Of a DNA stretch of 64,000 nt, positions 39,060 to 47,994 are shown piece after piece. The stretch lies in assembly GCA_964519305.1 (NCBI GenBank), contig CAZFHY010000001.1:1-64000 (forward strand). The letters are read 5' to 3'. How positions within the stretch are numbered: position 1 is the stretch's first letter; the number at the start of each line of letters is the position of its first letter. The notes under the pieces are model-generated. The model was not told the origin of the DNA, did no database searches, and was given only the letters and a program-made list of their open reading frames with translations. The position numbers and the translations under genes are program-made. The DNA is from Candidatus Undinarchaeota archaeon (GTDB taxonomy: Archaea > SpSt-1190 > JASMDC01).

Positions 39060-40319
39060 TCACTGGCTCTGGCTCCACTGCTGGAACTGCTCCGCCCACT
39101 CGCCCTGGTTCGTAGGCTCTTCAGGCGGCGGCTCGTACGATGGCTGTTCTTCCCTCGGTTCGTTCGACCCAGTCATCATCTTCACGCGCTTGATCAGTTC
39201 CTTGATGCGCGGCATCTCCACACCGGCCAGCAGGATGACCACCTCGAACCGGTCGTAGCTGGAGATGACGGCGTTCCCCCAGCGCACGGTACCGCCGGCG
39301 CCATCATTGAGCTGGCTCCCGAGCCAGCTGATTGCCTCGTGGAGCTCGGAGACCTTGGGCGAAGTGGGTCCGGCGACGATGAGCGCCGCTGAGCGGGCAC
39401 TGGTGTACACCGCCTGGGTCGTCGTCCCCTGGAGCACTGCCATCTGGACCAGATTGGTGAGGCTCGAGCGGGCGTTCCCCTCGGCGTCCACGGGCGCTTC
39501 TGCCCGTCCCAAGCAGCACAGCACGCCGTAGTCGCTGGTCTTTGCCTCGAGGATCGTGTTCTTCAGGTCAGTGGAGTCCATGACCAGGTCCTGCTCCTGC
39601 GAGATGGGCAGGCCCGAGATGGTCAGCAGCTTGATCTGCTTGAGGATCTCCCGGTTGATCTGGTCGAAGATCTCGTTGATACCCACCCGCCCACGGACAT
39701 GGGCAGGGATGCGCTCGTAGAACCACTCGTTGTCGGCGATGATGAGCCCGTCCAGGCGGGGCAGGAGGTTCTTCATTCCCCATAGTGCGTTCTCCTCGTA
39801 CCGGCCGCTCTCGTACCCGAAGGGCAGCAGCCCGATGCCGATCTTGACGAAGTCGTTCGGGTTAACGACGTGGCGCTGGATGAACACCTCGTCGATTATG
39901 TCCGCCGCCACCGGTGAGCACCCGCAGCCGGAACCGCCGCCAAGGGAGGTGACGATAAAGCAGAAGTGGGGCATGATGCCGCGGCCAAGGGTGTTGACTG
40001 TGATGGTGTTTCGGATGAGGTCGCGGTTCTGGTTGGCCACACCCTTGCAGTACTCGGGATTGCCGCCGCACCCCTTTCCTCCGCCGATCAGGATGCGCGA
40101 CTCCTCGGGGATGTTGAGGATGTTGAGGTCGCGGATGTTGGTGTTCAGGGCCACCGAGGCGAAGTAATCGTCCACACGCAGAGTGGAGATGCCCATGGAA
40201 CGGGCGAAGGTCAGCATCTGGCTGACCACCGAGCGCTGGAACTCGGCCACGGCGTCGAGCACGCGGGTGCCCCCCTGACCCAGCCCCATTGCGAATATCT
40301 GGCTTCCTGAGACGTCCAT
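39060..40319 (-). CDS. cetZ: Tubulin/FtsZ-superfamily GTPase, CetZ-like
   Basis: GLGQGG; ALNTN..DL; GKGCGGNP; SLGGGSGCG signature; LLPF..E; IIADN; T7-like MDSTDLKNTI; VVILLAGV.MPRIKEL. Start 40319 or 40328. Confidence 0.8.
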   Translation of the reverse strand: MDVSGSQIFAMGLGQGGTRVLDAVAEFQRSVVSQMLTFARSMGISTLRVDDYFASVALNTNIRDLNILNIPEESRILIGGGKGCGGNPEYCKGVANQNRDLIRNTITVNTLGRGIMPHFCFIVTSLGGGSGCGCSPVAADIIDEVFIQRHVVNPNDFVKIGIGLLPFGYESGRYEENALWGMKNLLPRLDGLIIADNEWFYERIPAHVRGRVGINEIFDQINREILKQIKLLTISGLPISQEQDLVMDSTDLKNTILEAKTSDYGVLCCLGRAEAPVDAEGNARSSLTNLVQMAVLQGTTTQAVYTSARSAALIVAGPTSPKVSELHEAISWLGSQLNDGAGGTVRWGNAVISSYDRFEVVILLAGVEMPRIKELIKRVKMMTGSNEPREEQPSYEPPPEEPTNQGEWAEQFQQWSQSQ

Positions 40320-40337
40320 GATGCACACTTCCCTTGC

Positions 40338-41309
40338 TCAGCCGAACAGGTCCTCCTCGAGCGTCTTCTTCTTAGGCGCGGCCCGCTCGCCGAAGCGTAC
40401 GTCCTCGAGCTCGCCCATGAGGTCGGCCTCGAGACTGACGGCCTTACGCGCTTCTTGTTCGGCCCCTGCACGGACCTCCATGAAATAATTATATATCTTC
40501 TGATAACGCGGCCGGAAAGTCAGGGAGAACAGTTCATAGTCCGGTGTGGGCGCGATGAAGGGGCGCACGCCTGGGATTATGCCAGGTGGTTCCTCGGGCA
40601 TGCACACGTAGGAGAACGAGTTATCGGTGAGGGAGAAGTCGGAGGCGCACACGTTCTGGAGGATGGCCGTGTTCAGGTCCATGCCCTGGAGGCTCTCTGC
40701 GAACGACGGTACGCACAGTTCGCCGGTGAGGCCGTCCGAGGCCAGGTACTGGCGCATGCCGTACTTGCTGTTGAGGCCCCTGAGGATGTCGAGCATGTAC
40801 TGGACGAACGTGTCCATGCGCTCGAACGCCGTGTGCTGGTCGAGCGCCTTTACCTTGCTCGTCAGTCGCTCCTCCTCGAGCACGATGACCAGGTCGGCGG
40901 TCTCTTTCATGTCCACCATCGTGGAGATTAGGTGGCGCTTGGCCTGCATGGGGTACTCCTTCATGTAGGGGAGCAGGAGGACGGCGCAGAGGAAAGCGTC
41001 GGGCTGGTACTGGCGGACGCGCTCGAAAGCGTGTGCGGCCAGCGCCCCGTACTCGGTGGTGGGATTGAGCAATGCCACGCTCATGCCATCGGTCATGTCC
41101 AGGGAGTGGTCCACCCAATCCCGGACAAGCCCCATCTTGAATTCGCGCTTGCTGGTGTCGTCGGAGATCTCGATCTTGAGGCATTTATTCCGATCGAACT
41201 CCTTGAGGTCGCTGATGCTCGCCGACGCCAGTGCGAAGGGTGCGCGGTGGCGCTCAGTGTACCGCTCGATCCATGTGGCGCCGAAGGTCCCGAGCCCGAT
41301 GAGGTTCAT
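40338..41309 (-). CDS. Degenerate tubulin/CetZ-fold protein lacking the GGGTG signature
   Basis: MNLIGLGTFG; AVLLLPY..E; ADLVIVLEEERL; acidic tail ending LEEDLFG. ATGA overlap with the upstream gene sets the start at 41309. Confidence 0.6.
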   Translation of the reverse strand: MNLIGLGTFGATWIERYTERHRAPFALASASISDLKEFDRNKCLKIEISDDTSKREFKMGLVRDWVDHSLDMTDGMSVALLNPTTEYGALAAHAFERVRQYQPDAFLCAVLLLPYMKEYPMQAKRHLISTMVDMKETADLVIVLEEERLTSKVKALDQHTAFERMDTFVQYMLDILRGLNSKYGMRQYLASDGLTGELCVPSFAESLQGMDLNTAILQNVCASDFSLTDNSFSYVCMPEEPPGIIPGVRPFIAPTPDYELFSLTFRPRYQKIYNYFMEVRAGAEQEARKAVSLEADLMGELEDVRFGERAAPKKKTLEEDLFG

Positions 41310-43105
41310 AAGCCAACCCACTCCCGCATGATACGCTTCCAGATGAACTTGCGTGCATGCTCGATCAATTTGAACCTGACGGTCACGTACATGATGCCCC
41401 CGGTCACCGCGAACAGGATGAGCAGGAACAGGACCCGCTGGCGGAACCGGTTCACCTCTACCGCGCAGGTGCCGTCCTCCTGTCTGACGTTGTCGTTCAT
41501 GAGCCCCTGGAACGTACCGAGCTCCTCGCACGCCTGGGGCATGCACACGTCGTTCTCGCAGTAGAAGCCCTTGATGCACCCGCAGTCGCTGCAGCAGTAC
41601 GGCTTCTCGATATCGAGGCAGAGGGTGTCACCGCACTTGATGTCGTACGCTCGGCGAGGTGCGTCGGTGAGGGTGCCCGTGAACCTCAGCCCTTCTTTGA
41701 AGCTCATACCGTCGGGGAGAGACATGGTCACCCATTCGTCCCCCTGGGGGAGTCGGATGCGCCACTCGCCGGCGTTCTTCGTCCTGTCCATGAGGCCCGG
41801 GACGGTGAAGGTGACGTTCTGCTCCTTGACCAGCATCCCCGCGATGGGCGTGACGTCGATATCGTTGCCGTGGACCGTTCCGTTGAGAGGGGATAGGAGG
41901 GCGGGGCCCGTGGCGTTCTCCATCCGCCATTCTACCAGCGACAGCACGCCGTCGGGATTGGCGGAGAGCACGTCGGCCTCGCCGTAGGCCTTCATGTCCT
42001 CGATCTCGCGCAGACGGAGCACGGCATGGCCTGAGCCGTCGGATAACAGGCTGAGAGTGATGTTACGCCTTCTGCTCGGCGGGAAGAGCACCTCCAACCG
42101 GTGCTGGCCTCCACGGTACGCACTCCCGTCCACCTCTACGTGCATTACCGCTTCATTGTGCATGATGTACTTCAGCCCGGGGGTAGCAGGAGCGCGTGTC
42201 CGGTACGCTACCGCCTTGCGCTCGCCAGCACCGAGGCTGAGGTTGACGGATAGGACGTTACCTACACCCTGGATATACACCGGCGCCAGCGCACCACCAA
42301 GGTACTCCAGGCGCGGGTTCGTCGGCTCGTCCAGCCGGATCTTCACGGATTGACGCCCCTGGTTCACCAGTGTGAAGTTTACCTGGAAACCCTCGCCCTG
42401 GACGGCCTTTGCTGGCATCGACCGGCCCATGGACAGCTTCGGGCGTTCCAATGCCCAGGTGATGAGCGTACGAGCGATGGGGAGCTTCTCGCGGAGCACG
42501 CACAGCCTCCTCGAGCAGTTCAGGCCGGGGACAACGTGAATGCCAGGCGCCTCGACATCGAACTTGAAGATGAACCATGTGAAATCGTCGAACCGTGAGC
42601 CGTTGATCCGCAGGGCATAGGGGAAGACCTCCTTGTGGACGTCCTCCAGCGGTGCGGCGGCCGTGTACACCAGGTCGTGCCGGGCGTAGGGGCCGAAGGG
42701 CAGTTCCCGGGTGTGCAGCGCTACAAGCTCCTCCCTCATTCCTGCAGCCTCGCGTGTCAGGTCTGCGCCCATGACCGAGACGTTCATGGCCCCCAGGTCC
42801 TCGCTCAGGTGGTTAGCCAACCGGATAATGGCCTTGCGCACGACCGTGTCATTGGGGCCAAGGACCACCGTGTAGAGCACCTCGTCCACGGTCACCGTGG
42901 TGAGGTCCATCGACCATATGTCAGCGTCGTCCGCAGCAGGCTCCTCGTGGATTTCGACGGGGGCGTCCGTGACATTGGACGGGACATCGGTGGCGTTGAC
43001 CGGGAGGTCGGTGGCGTTGACAGCAGCGGTCCCGTTGTCATCCTGTGCTACTGCCAGGGACATGAGGAGGAGGGCCATCACCAGGATAATCGTAGTTCGC
43101 GCCAT
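41306..43105 (-). CDS. Type I membrane surface protein (Ig-like domains, Cys-rich module, C-terminal TM)
   Basis: Signal MARTTIILVMALLL; NATD repeats (N-glycosylation sequons); FQVNFTLVNQG; CGDTLC...CCSDCGC..G..C; TM plus basic tail. RBS GGTGGTGA. Confidence 0.8.
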   Translation of the reverse strand: MARTTIILVMALLLMSLAVAQDDNGTAAVNATDLPVNATDVPSNVTDAPVEIHEEPAADDADIWSMDLTTVTVDEVLYTVVLGPNDTVVRKAIIRLANHLSEDLGAMNVSVMGADLTREAAGMREELVALHTRELPFGPYARHDLVYTAAAPLEDVHKEVFPYALRINGSRFDDFTWFIFKFDVEAPGIHVVPGLNCSRRLCVLREKLPIARTLITWALERPKLSMGRSMPAKAVQGEGFQVNFTLVNQGRQSVKIRLDEPTNPRLEYLGGALAPVYIQGVGNVLSVNLSLGAGERKAVAYRTRAPATPGLKYIMHNEAVMHVEVDGSAYRGGQHRLEVLFPPSRRRNITLSLLSDGSGHAVLRLREIEDMKAYGEADVLSANPDGVLSLVEWRMENATGPALLSPLNGTVHGNDIDVTPIAGMLVKEQNVTFTVPGLMDRTKNAGEWRIRLPQGDEWVTMSLPDGMSFKEGLRFTGTLTDAPRRAYDIKCGDTLCLDIEKPYCCSDCGCIKGFYCENDVCMPQACEELGTFQGLMNDNVRQEDGTCAVEVNRFRQRVLFLLILFAVTGGIMYVTVRFKLIEHARKFIWKRIMREWVGL

Positions 43106-43107
43106 GA

Positions 43108-44673
43108 TCACCACCCCAGGTACCAGTAGGCCTCCTCGAACTTTTTGACGTACTCCTCGGGCGTGTGCCGCCTCAGGTTCTCCGACTCGACCACGAACTT
43201 GAAGCGGACGATACCGCCTCCTCCACCGATCCGCCATCGGACGAAGAACAGGAACGATACGAAGGCGAAAGCGAACGATACCGCCACGAAGGTGCACTCG
43301 AACCCGTAGATCTCGCACACTAGGCCCGCAGGATGGAGGGTGACCGGGAATGTCTCGTTCCCCGCCTCGAAGCCACGGTAGTAGATACGACCGATGAGGT
43401 TGCAGGCGAGCGGTTCACGGGTCGCGGGCGTGCTCACGTTGCACCGGTCTATACCGTACTCGCCAGCTCCGCAGTGTCGGTCGAGCAACGTCTCGTTCCC
43501 TCCGCAGCGAAGGAAGAGCTCATAAGGAAGACCGGGGTCAGTGAGGCTGGCGAACACGATGGTACTTGCGTTCCCCTCGATGTCCTTTGCTACTGGCCGG
43601 AACTGCTCGAAAGCGGGTGAGAACTCCCTCACCTCGATCTCCAGCCCCTCCTCCTGCTCGTCGCCGTCCGTGGAGAAGGTCACCGATCCCTCGTAGATGA
43701 TCCGGCCCTCGTACTCGTGGAGTGGCAGGCGTCCCAGGTGGAGCGGGCAAGTGATCTCGTCGAGGATGTTGGTGCAGGCCTGGTCCACCGGAAGGGTCTG
43801 ATTGACGTACGCGGTGTTGTTCCAGGTGAGGATGATCGAGATCGTGTTGTCGCGCTGGAGTATATCGTTCCACTTCTCAATGGATGTGTTTACGACCACG
43901 GGATCGTACTGGTTCACGAGCCGGGTGTAGTTGGTAAGAGTGAACAAGGGGTCCTCGGCGTACACGACCGCGAAGGGCGTCTCCATGTAATCGACGATGC
44001 GCGATCCAGTTACGATCTCAAGGCGCGCCGTGTACCTCCCTCGCTCGTCGGGCACGTCCACGCTCACCGCATGTCGGATGCTGCCCTGCATATCGCAGCT
44101 GAGGTCGATCGGTTGATGGCTGCGCGCAACGACCTCCCGGCCCGGCCCGAGCACGTACAGGGTCGTGTTGTAGCTCACACCGTACTCCGGGCGTCGGATG
44201 ACGTAGTCGATATAGAGCTGCTCTCCGGGGCCGAACACGTCCTTGCTCAAGCCAGCCTCGAGCGCGGTGTTGACGAAGAACACGGTATGGATGTTGAACG
44301 GGATGGACTCTGACACGGGGGACGTGACATCGTAGGTGAAGTAGATCGTGTGGTCACCAGGGGTGCTGCATAGCGGGGCCTTCGTCAGGATGGTGAACGC
44401 ACGCTCGACGTCCTTGCGCACCTCGAGCTTGGGCAGACCGCCCGGGTAATCGGTACCCCAGTGGTACTGGGAGTTCGTATCGTTCTTCCGGTTGGCGATG
44501 CCGTACGCGGGCTCATCGATAAGACCGCGTACCGTGACCTTGTGGACGCCCTGGTCGCCAGGGAGGAGCACGTGGCGTACGTTCTGTACGTCGACGAGGA
44601 CCTGCTCGCCCGCAGAGACGCTCGCAGCGCACAGAGCGCATACGAGAACGAGAACAAGAAGCTTGGACGGCAA
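43108..44673 (-). CDS. Type I membrane surface protein with Ig-like domains
   Basis: Signal peptide; LSKDVFGPGE...GRYTARLEI beta-sandwich; many NxT sequons; C-terminal TM with cytoplasmic tail. Confidence 0.8.
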   Translation of the reverse strand: MPSKLLVLVLVCALCAASVSAGEQVLVDVQNVRHVLLPGDQGVHKVTVRGLIDEPAYGIANRKNDTNSQYHWGTDYPGGLPKLEVRKDVERAFTILTKAPLCSTPGDHTIYFTYDVTSPVSESIPFNIHTVFFVNTALEAGLSKDVFGPGEQLYIDYVIRRPEYGVSYNTTLYVLGPGREVVARSHQPIDLSCDMQGSIRHAVSVDVPDERGRYTARLEIVTGSRIVDYMETPFAVVYAEDPLFTLTNYTRLVNQYDPVVVNTSIEKWNDILQRDNTISIILTWNNTAYVNQTLPVDQACTNILDEITCPLHLGRLPLHEYEGRIIYEGSVTFSTDGDEQEEGLEIEVREFSPAFEQFRPVAKDIEGNASTIVFASLTDPGLPYELFLRCGGNETLLDRHCGAGEYGIDRCNVSTPATREPLACNLIGRIYYRGFEAGNETFPVTLHPAGLVCEIYGFECTFVAVSFAFAFVSFLFFVRWRIGGGGGIVRFKFVVESENLRRHTPEEYVKKFEEAYWYLGW

Positions 44674-44699
44674 CCTATCACAACACCACAGCGGGTATC

Positions 44700-44707
44700 T
44701 TTATATC
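44700..44707. promoter_or_regulatory. TATA box midway between divergent operons
   Basis: TTTATATC about 25 nt from both TTG 44673 (-) and ATG 44731 (+) in a 57-bp gap. Confidence 0.55.
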
Positions 44708-44730
44708 TCTTGCACGAAAGGAAGCCCCTG

Positions 44731-46677
44731 ATGGCCTCCCTGAAGCTCGACAGGAACAGGTGCACGAAGTGCGGAAAGTGCGTGGTCGCATGTCCGAACA
44801 ATGCCATCGTCATGCGTAACTTCCCTGCGTTCTGCAAGCACTGCGACCTCAAGGCCGCACCGTGCTACCAGGCCTGCCCGCTGGGCGCCATCGTGGACGT
44901 AGGTAACGGTATTCTCAAGGTGGACGTGAACCGCTGCGATCCCTACCAGTGCAAGAAGGAGTGCCAGAAGTGGTGTCAGTGGGATGGCGTGTTCGTGTTC
45001 GGCGACAAGGCCAAGAAGTGCGATCTGTGCTTCGACTACCAGAACCAGCCCAACTTCATCCCCAAGTGCATCGAGGTGTGCGACGCCAAGGCCATCACCA
45101 CCGACCTCATGCAGGAGGTCGTGCTCGACTACGCAGGATGGAGCGCCGAGTCCATTCCCCAGGAGATCATCGCAGAGGTCCTCCAGAGCTTCACCTACGG
45201 CCAGGTCGTCAAGGTGCAGGGCCAGCCGGTCCCGTACTACTACGTCAACTCGCTACCCCAGCTCACCGACTGGGCCCAGACCAAGCTCCTGGGTCTCACC
45301 ATCAAGAAGTACATCGACACCGGCAAGGCGGACCAGGACCCGTTCTCCTCGCTGATGATGATCATGCGCAAGTCCGCCCAGTGGGTGGGCACCAGCGTGG
45401 ACGAGAACATGCTAAAGGAGCTCGCCAACATCGCTCTCATGAACACGAAGGGCTACGGGCCCTTCGACGTCCTCCTCGAGGACGACCAGCTGGAGGAGTT
45501 GATGTGCATCGGCCTCGGTAAGGAGAGGCCAATGTATGTCTACCACCGCGAGTACGGGATGCTGCGGACCAACCTGTTCTTCCCCGACGAATACATGGAC
45601 TTCACGGTGGACCCACCGGAGAAGAAGTCCGGCGAGGAGGTCCTGTGGAAGATCATCGAGAAGATGATCGAGCCCATGGGGGAGCGTATCGACCGCCAGC
45701 ACCCCAGGGTCAACGCGCAGCTGCCGGACGGCTCCCGTCTCCACGCGTGCATCAAACCAATGGGATTCTCCGGACCGTCGGTGACGATCCGAAAGTTCCG
45801 GGCCGCACCGTTCTCGCCCATCGACACCATCAGGTTCAACACCATCTCTCTGGAGGCCGTGGTGTACTGCTGGATCGCAATGGAGAGCGAGATCTCGATG
45901 ATCGTGGCCGGAAACACAGGTTCCGGAAAGACCACCTCGCTCAACGCATTCTCTACGTTCATCCCTCCCGAGGAGCGCATCCTCATCCTCGAGTCAACGC
46001 CCGAAATCAATCTGCCCCACCCGCACAAGGCACGTCTGGTCACCGTCAACAACGCTGACCCGCCCATCGGTATGCAGGACATCATCGAGGACACGCTGCG
46101 TATGCGGCCCGACCGTGTGGTAGTAGGAGAGGTCCGGAGCGGCCCAGAGGCACAGGCGTTCATGAACTCGGTACTGGCAGGTCAGGCACGCGGTTCCATG
46201 TGCACGTTCCACGCACAGGACGCAGTATCTGTCGTCAAGCGTATGAAGAACCCTCCCATGAACATCTCACCTCTCGACCTGCAGGTCCTGGACCTCGTCT
46301 TCGTCCAGCGACGTATGTCGCGGGTCGAGGGCAGCAAGCGGAAGCAGATCCGTCGCGTCGTCGAGATCGCCGAGATCGACAAGCATAATATGAGCGACGA
46401 GGGCGTACCGGTCATCCATCCGATCTATCGCTACAATCCGGACACCGATGTCGTCGAGCGCGTGCACTCGGGTCTGTCCCCGCTAGAGGAGCGCATATCC
46501 AAGTACAACCTCTGTCTCGACGAGGGGCAGTTCTGGGGCGAGGTACAGGCGAGGACCAAGATGCTCAAGTACCTGATGGCCAACAACATCCGTGACATCA
46601 AGGTCTTCATGGACTACATCATCCAGTACGGTACGGATCCTGCTTTCAAGCAGAGCATAATCAACATGAACATCTGA
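44731..46677 (+). CDS. TadA/CpaF/VirB11-family secretion ATPase with N-terminal multi-[4Fe-4S] ferredoxin domain
   Basis: CTKCGKCVVACP, CKHC...PCYQACP, CDPYQCKKECQKWCQ, CDLC...KCIEVCD; LPDGSR; TIRKF; Walker A GNTGSGKTT; LRMRPDRVVVGEVR; TFHA. Confidence 0.9.
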   Translation: MASLKLDRNRCTKCGKCVVACPNNAIVMRNFPAFCKHCDLKAAPCYQACPLGAIVDVGNGILKVDVNRCDPYQCKKECQKWCQWDGVFVFGDKAKKCDLCFDYQNQPNFIPKCIEVCDAKAITTDLMQEVVLDYAGWSAESIPQEIIAEVLQSFTYGQVVKVQGQPVPYYYVNSLPQLTDWAQTKLLGLTIKKYIDTGKADQDPFSSLMMIMRKSAQWVGTSVDENMLKELANIALMNTKGYGPFDVLLEDDQLEELMCIGLGKERPMYVYHREYGMLRTNLFFPDEYMDFTVDPPEKKSGEEVLWKIIEKMIEPMGERIDRQHPRVNAQLPDGSRLHACIKPMGFSGPSVTIRKFRAAPFSPIDTIRFNTISLEAVVYCWIAMESEISMIVAGNTGSGKTTSLNAFSTFIPPEERILILESTPEINLPHPHKARLVTVNNADPPIGMQDIIEDTLRMRPDRVVVGEVRSGPEAQAFMNSVLAGQARGSMCTFHAQDAVSVVKRMKNPPMNISPLDLQVLDLVFVQRRMSRVEGSKRKQIRRVVEIAEIDKHNMSDEGVPVIHPIYRYNPDTDVVERVHSGLSPLEERISKYNLCLDEGQFWGEVQARTKMLKYLMANNIRDIKVFMDYIIQYGTDPAFKQSIINMNI

Positions 46678-46689
46678 GGGCCCAATCGC

Positions 46690-47967
46690 ATGACGGACGA
46701 CATGTTCTCGGTGAAGGCAGGCCAAGACAAGTCTTGGAACCAGGGGGCACAGGACTGGGCCCAGTCTCCCGGGCAGGCCAACCAAGGCTGGGGAGCACCG
46801 GCACCGCCGGCCATGCAACAGGCACCGAGCCACCCGCCCGGACCCATATCACCGCCGGCCATGCAACATGGACCCGGACCCATGCAACACGGACCTGGGC
46901 CAATGCAGCACGGACCCGGCCCTTCACCCATGGGAGGCGCTACGGCCCCCGTCGGTGGCGGCGACTGGTACTCGACGTCCGTTGGTGAACAGACACAGCA
47001 GACCACTGATGTCGAGGAAAAAGAGGCAGAGCAGCGCTCACGGTTCAAGTTCATGGGCCCAATGCTCCTGCGCATGGGCCCCGAGCGGATCAAGTGGTAC
47101 CGCCAGGCCTGTGATGCCGTGGAGTTCTTCATGTTCGCCGACGACTGGGTGCTTGTCTCCTCGCTGATAGGTATCGCTGTATTCGCCCTGGCGTTCCCGA
47201 TACTCACATCGCTATCTGACGCATTCATCATGATCGTCCTCGTCCCCGTGACCGGAGGCGGTGTGTTCGCCATCCTGATCTCATATCCTATCTTCAAGTT
47301 CGAGAGCCGCAAGGACGAGATCGAGACCAACCTCCCGGACGCCCTGTTCCAGGCGGCGAGCAATCCGCCCCGGACCCACTTCGTGGAGCTGCTGACGGGC
47401 CTGACGAAGATCGGGTACGGACCGCTGACCGACGAGCTGCGGGTCACGGTGAAGGAGATCGAGAAGGGCTCGTCCGTCAAGGAGGGTCTGGAGAAGCTCT
47501 CCGAGCGCAACCAGTCGAAGATCCTGGAGAGGGCCTGCTACCTCCTAATCCGGGCGCAGGAGCAGGGTGTAGATATCGTCGAGGCCCTGGCCGCCCTGGC
47601 CACGGACATCAAGGAGACCAAATACCTCCTGCGTGAACAGGCCGCGTCGCTCCAGCTCCAGAAGATCACACTTCTGGCAGCGGGGGCCGTCCTCATCCCC
47701 CTCATCCTCGGGTTCGTCGTAGGGCTGGCGGAGTCCATGGGCAATTTCAGCGAGGACAAGGCAGAGATCATCGCTGCACAGGTCCAGACGGTGCAACCAA
47801 TCTTCCTCGGGTACGTGGTCATCCACGCCCTCGAGGCGTGTCTGGCCATCGGCCGTCAGGAGGGCGATGCCAAGAAGGCCGTTTACTATGTGATCCCAGT
47901 GCTCCTGATCGCGATTATTCTGTTCCAGTACGTGGCCCCTCAGGCCATGATGATGTTCATGGGGTGA
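46690..47967 (+). CDS. TadB-like type II secretion system F-family membrane platform protein with P/G/Q-rich N-terminal extension
   Basis: IETNLPDALFQAAS; GYGPLTDEL; IEKGSSVKEGL; 5 TMs; follows the ATPase. Confidence 0.85.
   Translation: MTDDMFSVKAGQDKSWNQGAQDWAQSPGQANQGWGAPAPPAMQQAPSHPPGPISPPAMQHGPGPMQHGPGPMQHGPGPSPMGGATAPVGGGDWYSTSVGEQTQQTTDVEEKEAEQRSRFKFMGPMLLRMGPERIKWYRQACDAVEFFMFADDWVLVSSLIGIAVFALAFPILTSLSDAFIMIVLVPVTGGGVFAILISYPIFKFESRKDEIETNLPDALFQAASNPPRTHFVELLTGLTKIGYGPLTDELRVTVKEIEKGSSVKEGLEKLSERNQSKILERACYLLIRAQEQGVDIVEALAALATDIKETKYLLREQAASLQLQKITLLAAGAVLIPLILGFVVGLAESMGNFSEDKAEIIAAQVQTVQPIFLGYVVIHALEACLAIGRQEGDAKKAVYYVIPVLLIAIILFQYVAPQAMMMFMG
46861..46923 (+). repeat. 21-bp coding repeat, (MQHGPGP)x3
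   Basis: Three ATGCA(A/G)CA(T/C)GGACC... units. Confidence 0.9.
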
Positions 47968-47994
47968 TATGAGATAGCAACTTTCGGCGACGAG

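Noticed and set aside
39060-40319. Calling the GTPase a canonical division FtsZ or a true tubulin
   Set aside because: It lacks the FtsZ NxDFAD T7 motif and tubulin-specific motifs; GQGG and the C-terminal LLAGV..PRI pattern are closer to CetZ.
44461-44730. Extended N-termini in the ORF track (44461, 41579, 43318, 34232, 30596, 55425)
   Set aside because: They overlap neighbouring genes; downstream starts fit promoters, RBSs, stop/start overlaps and domain boundaries.
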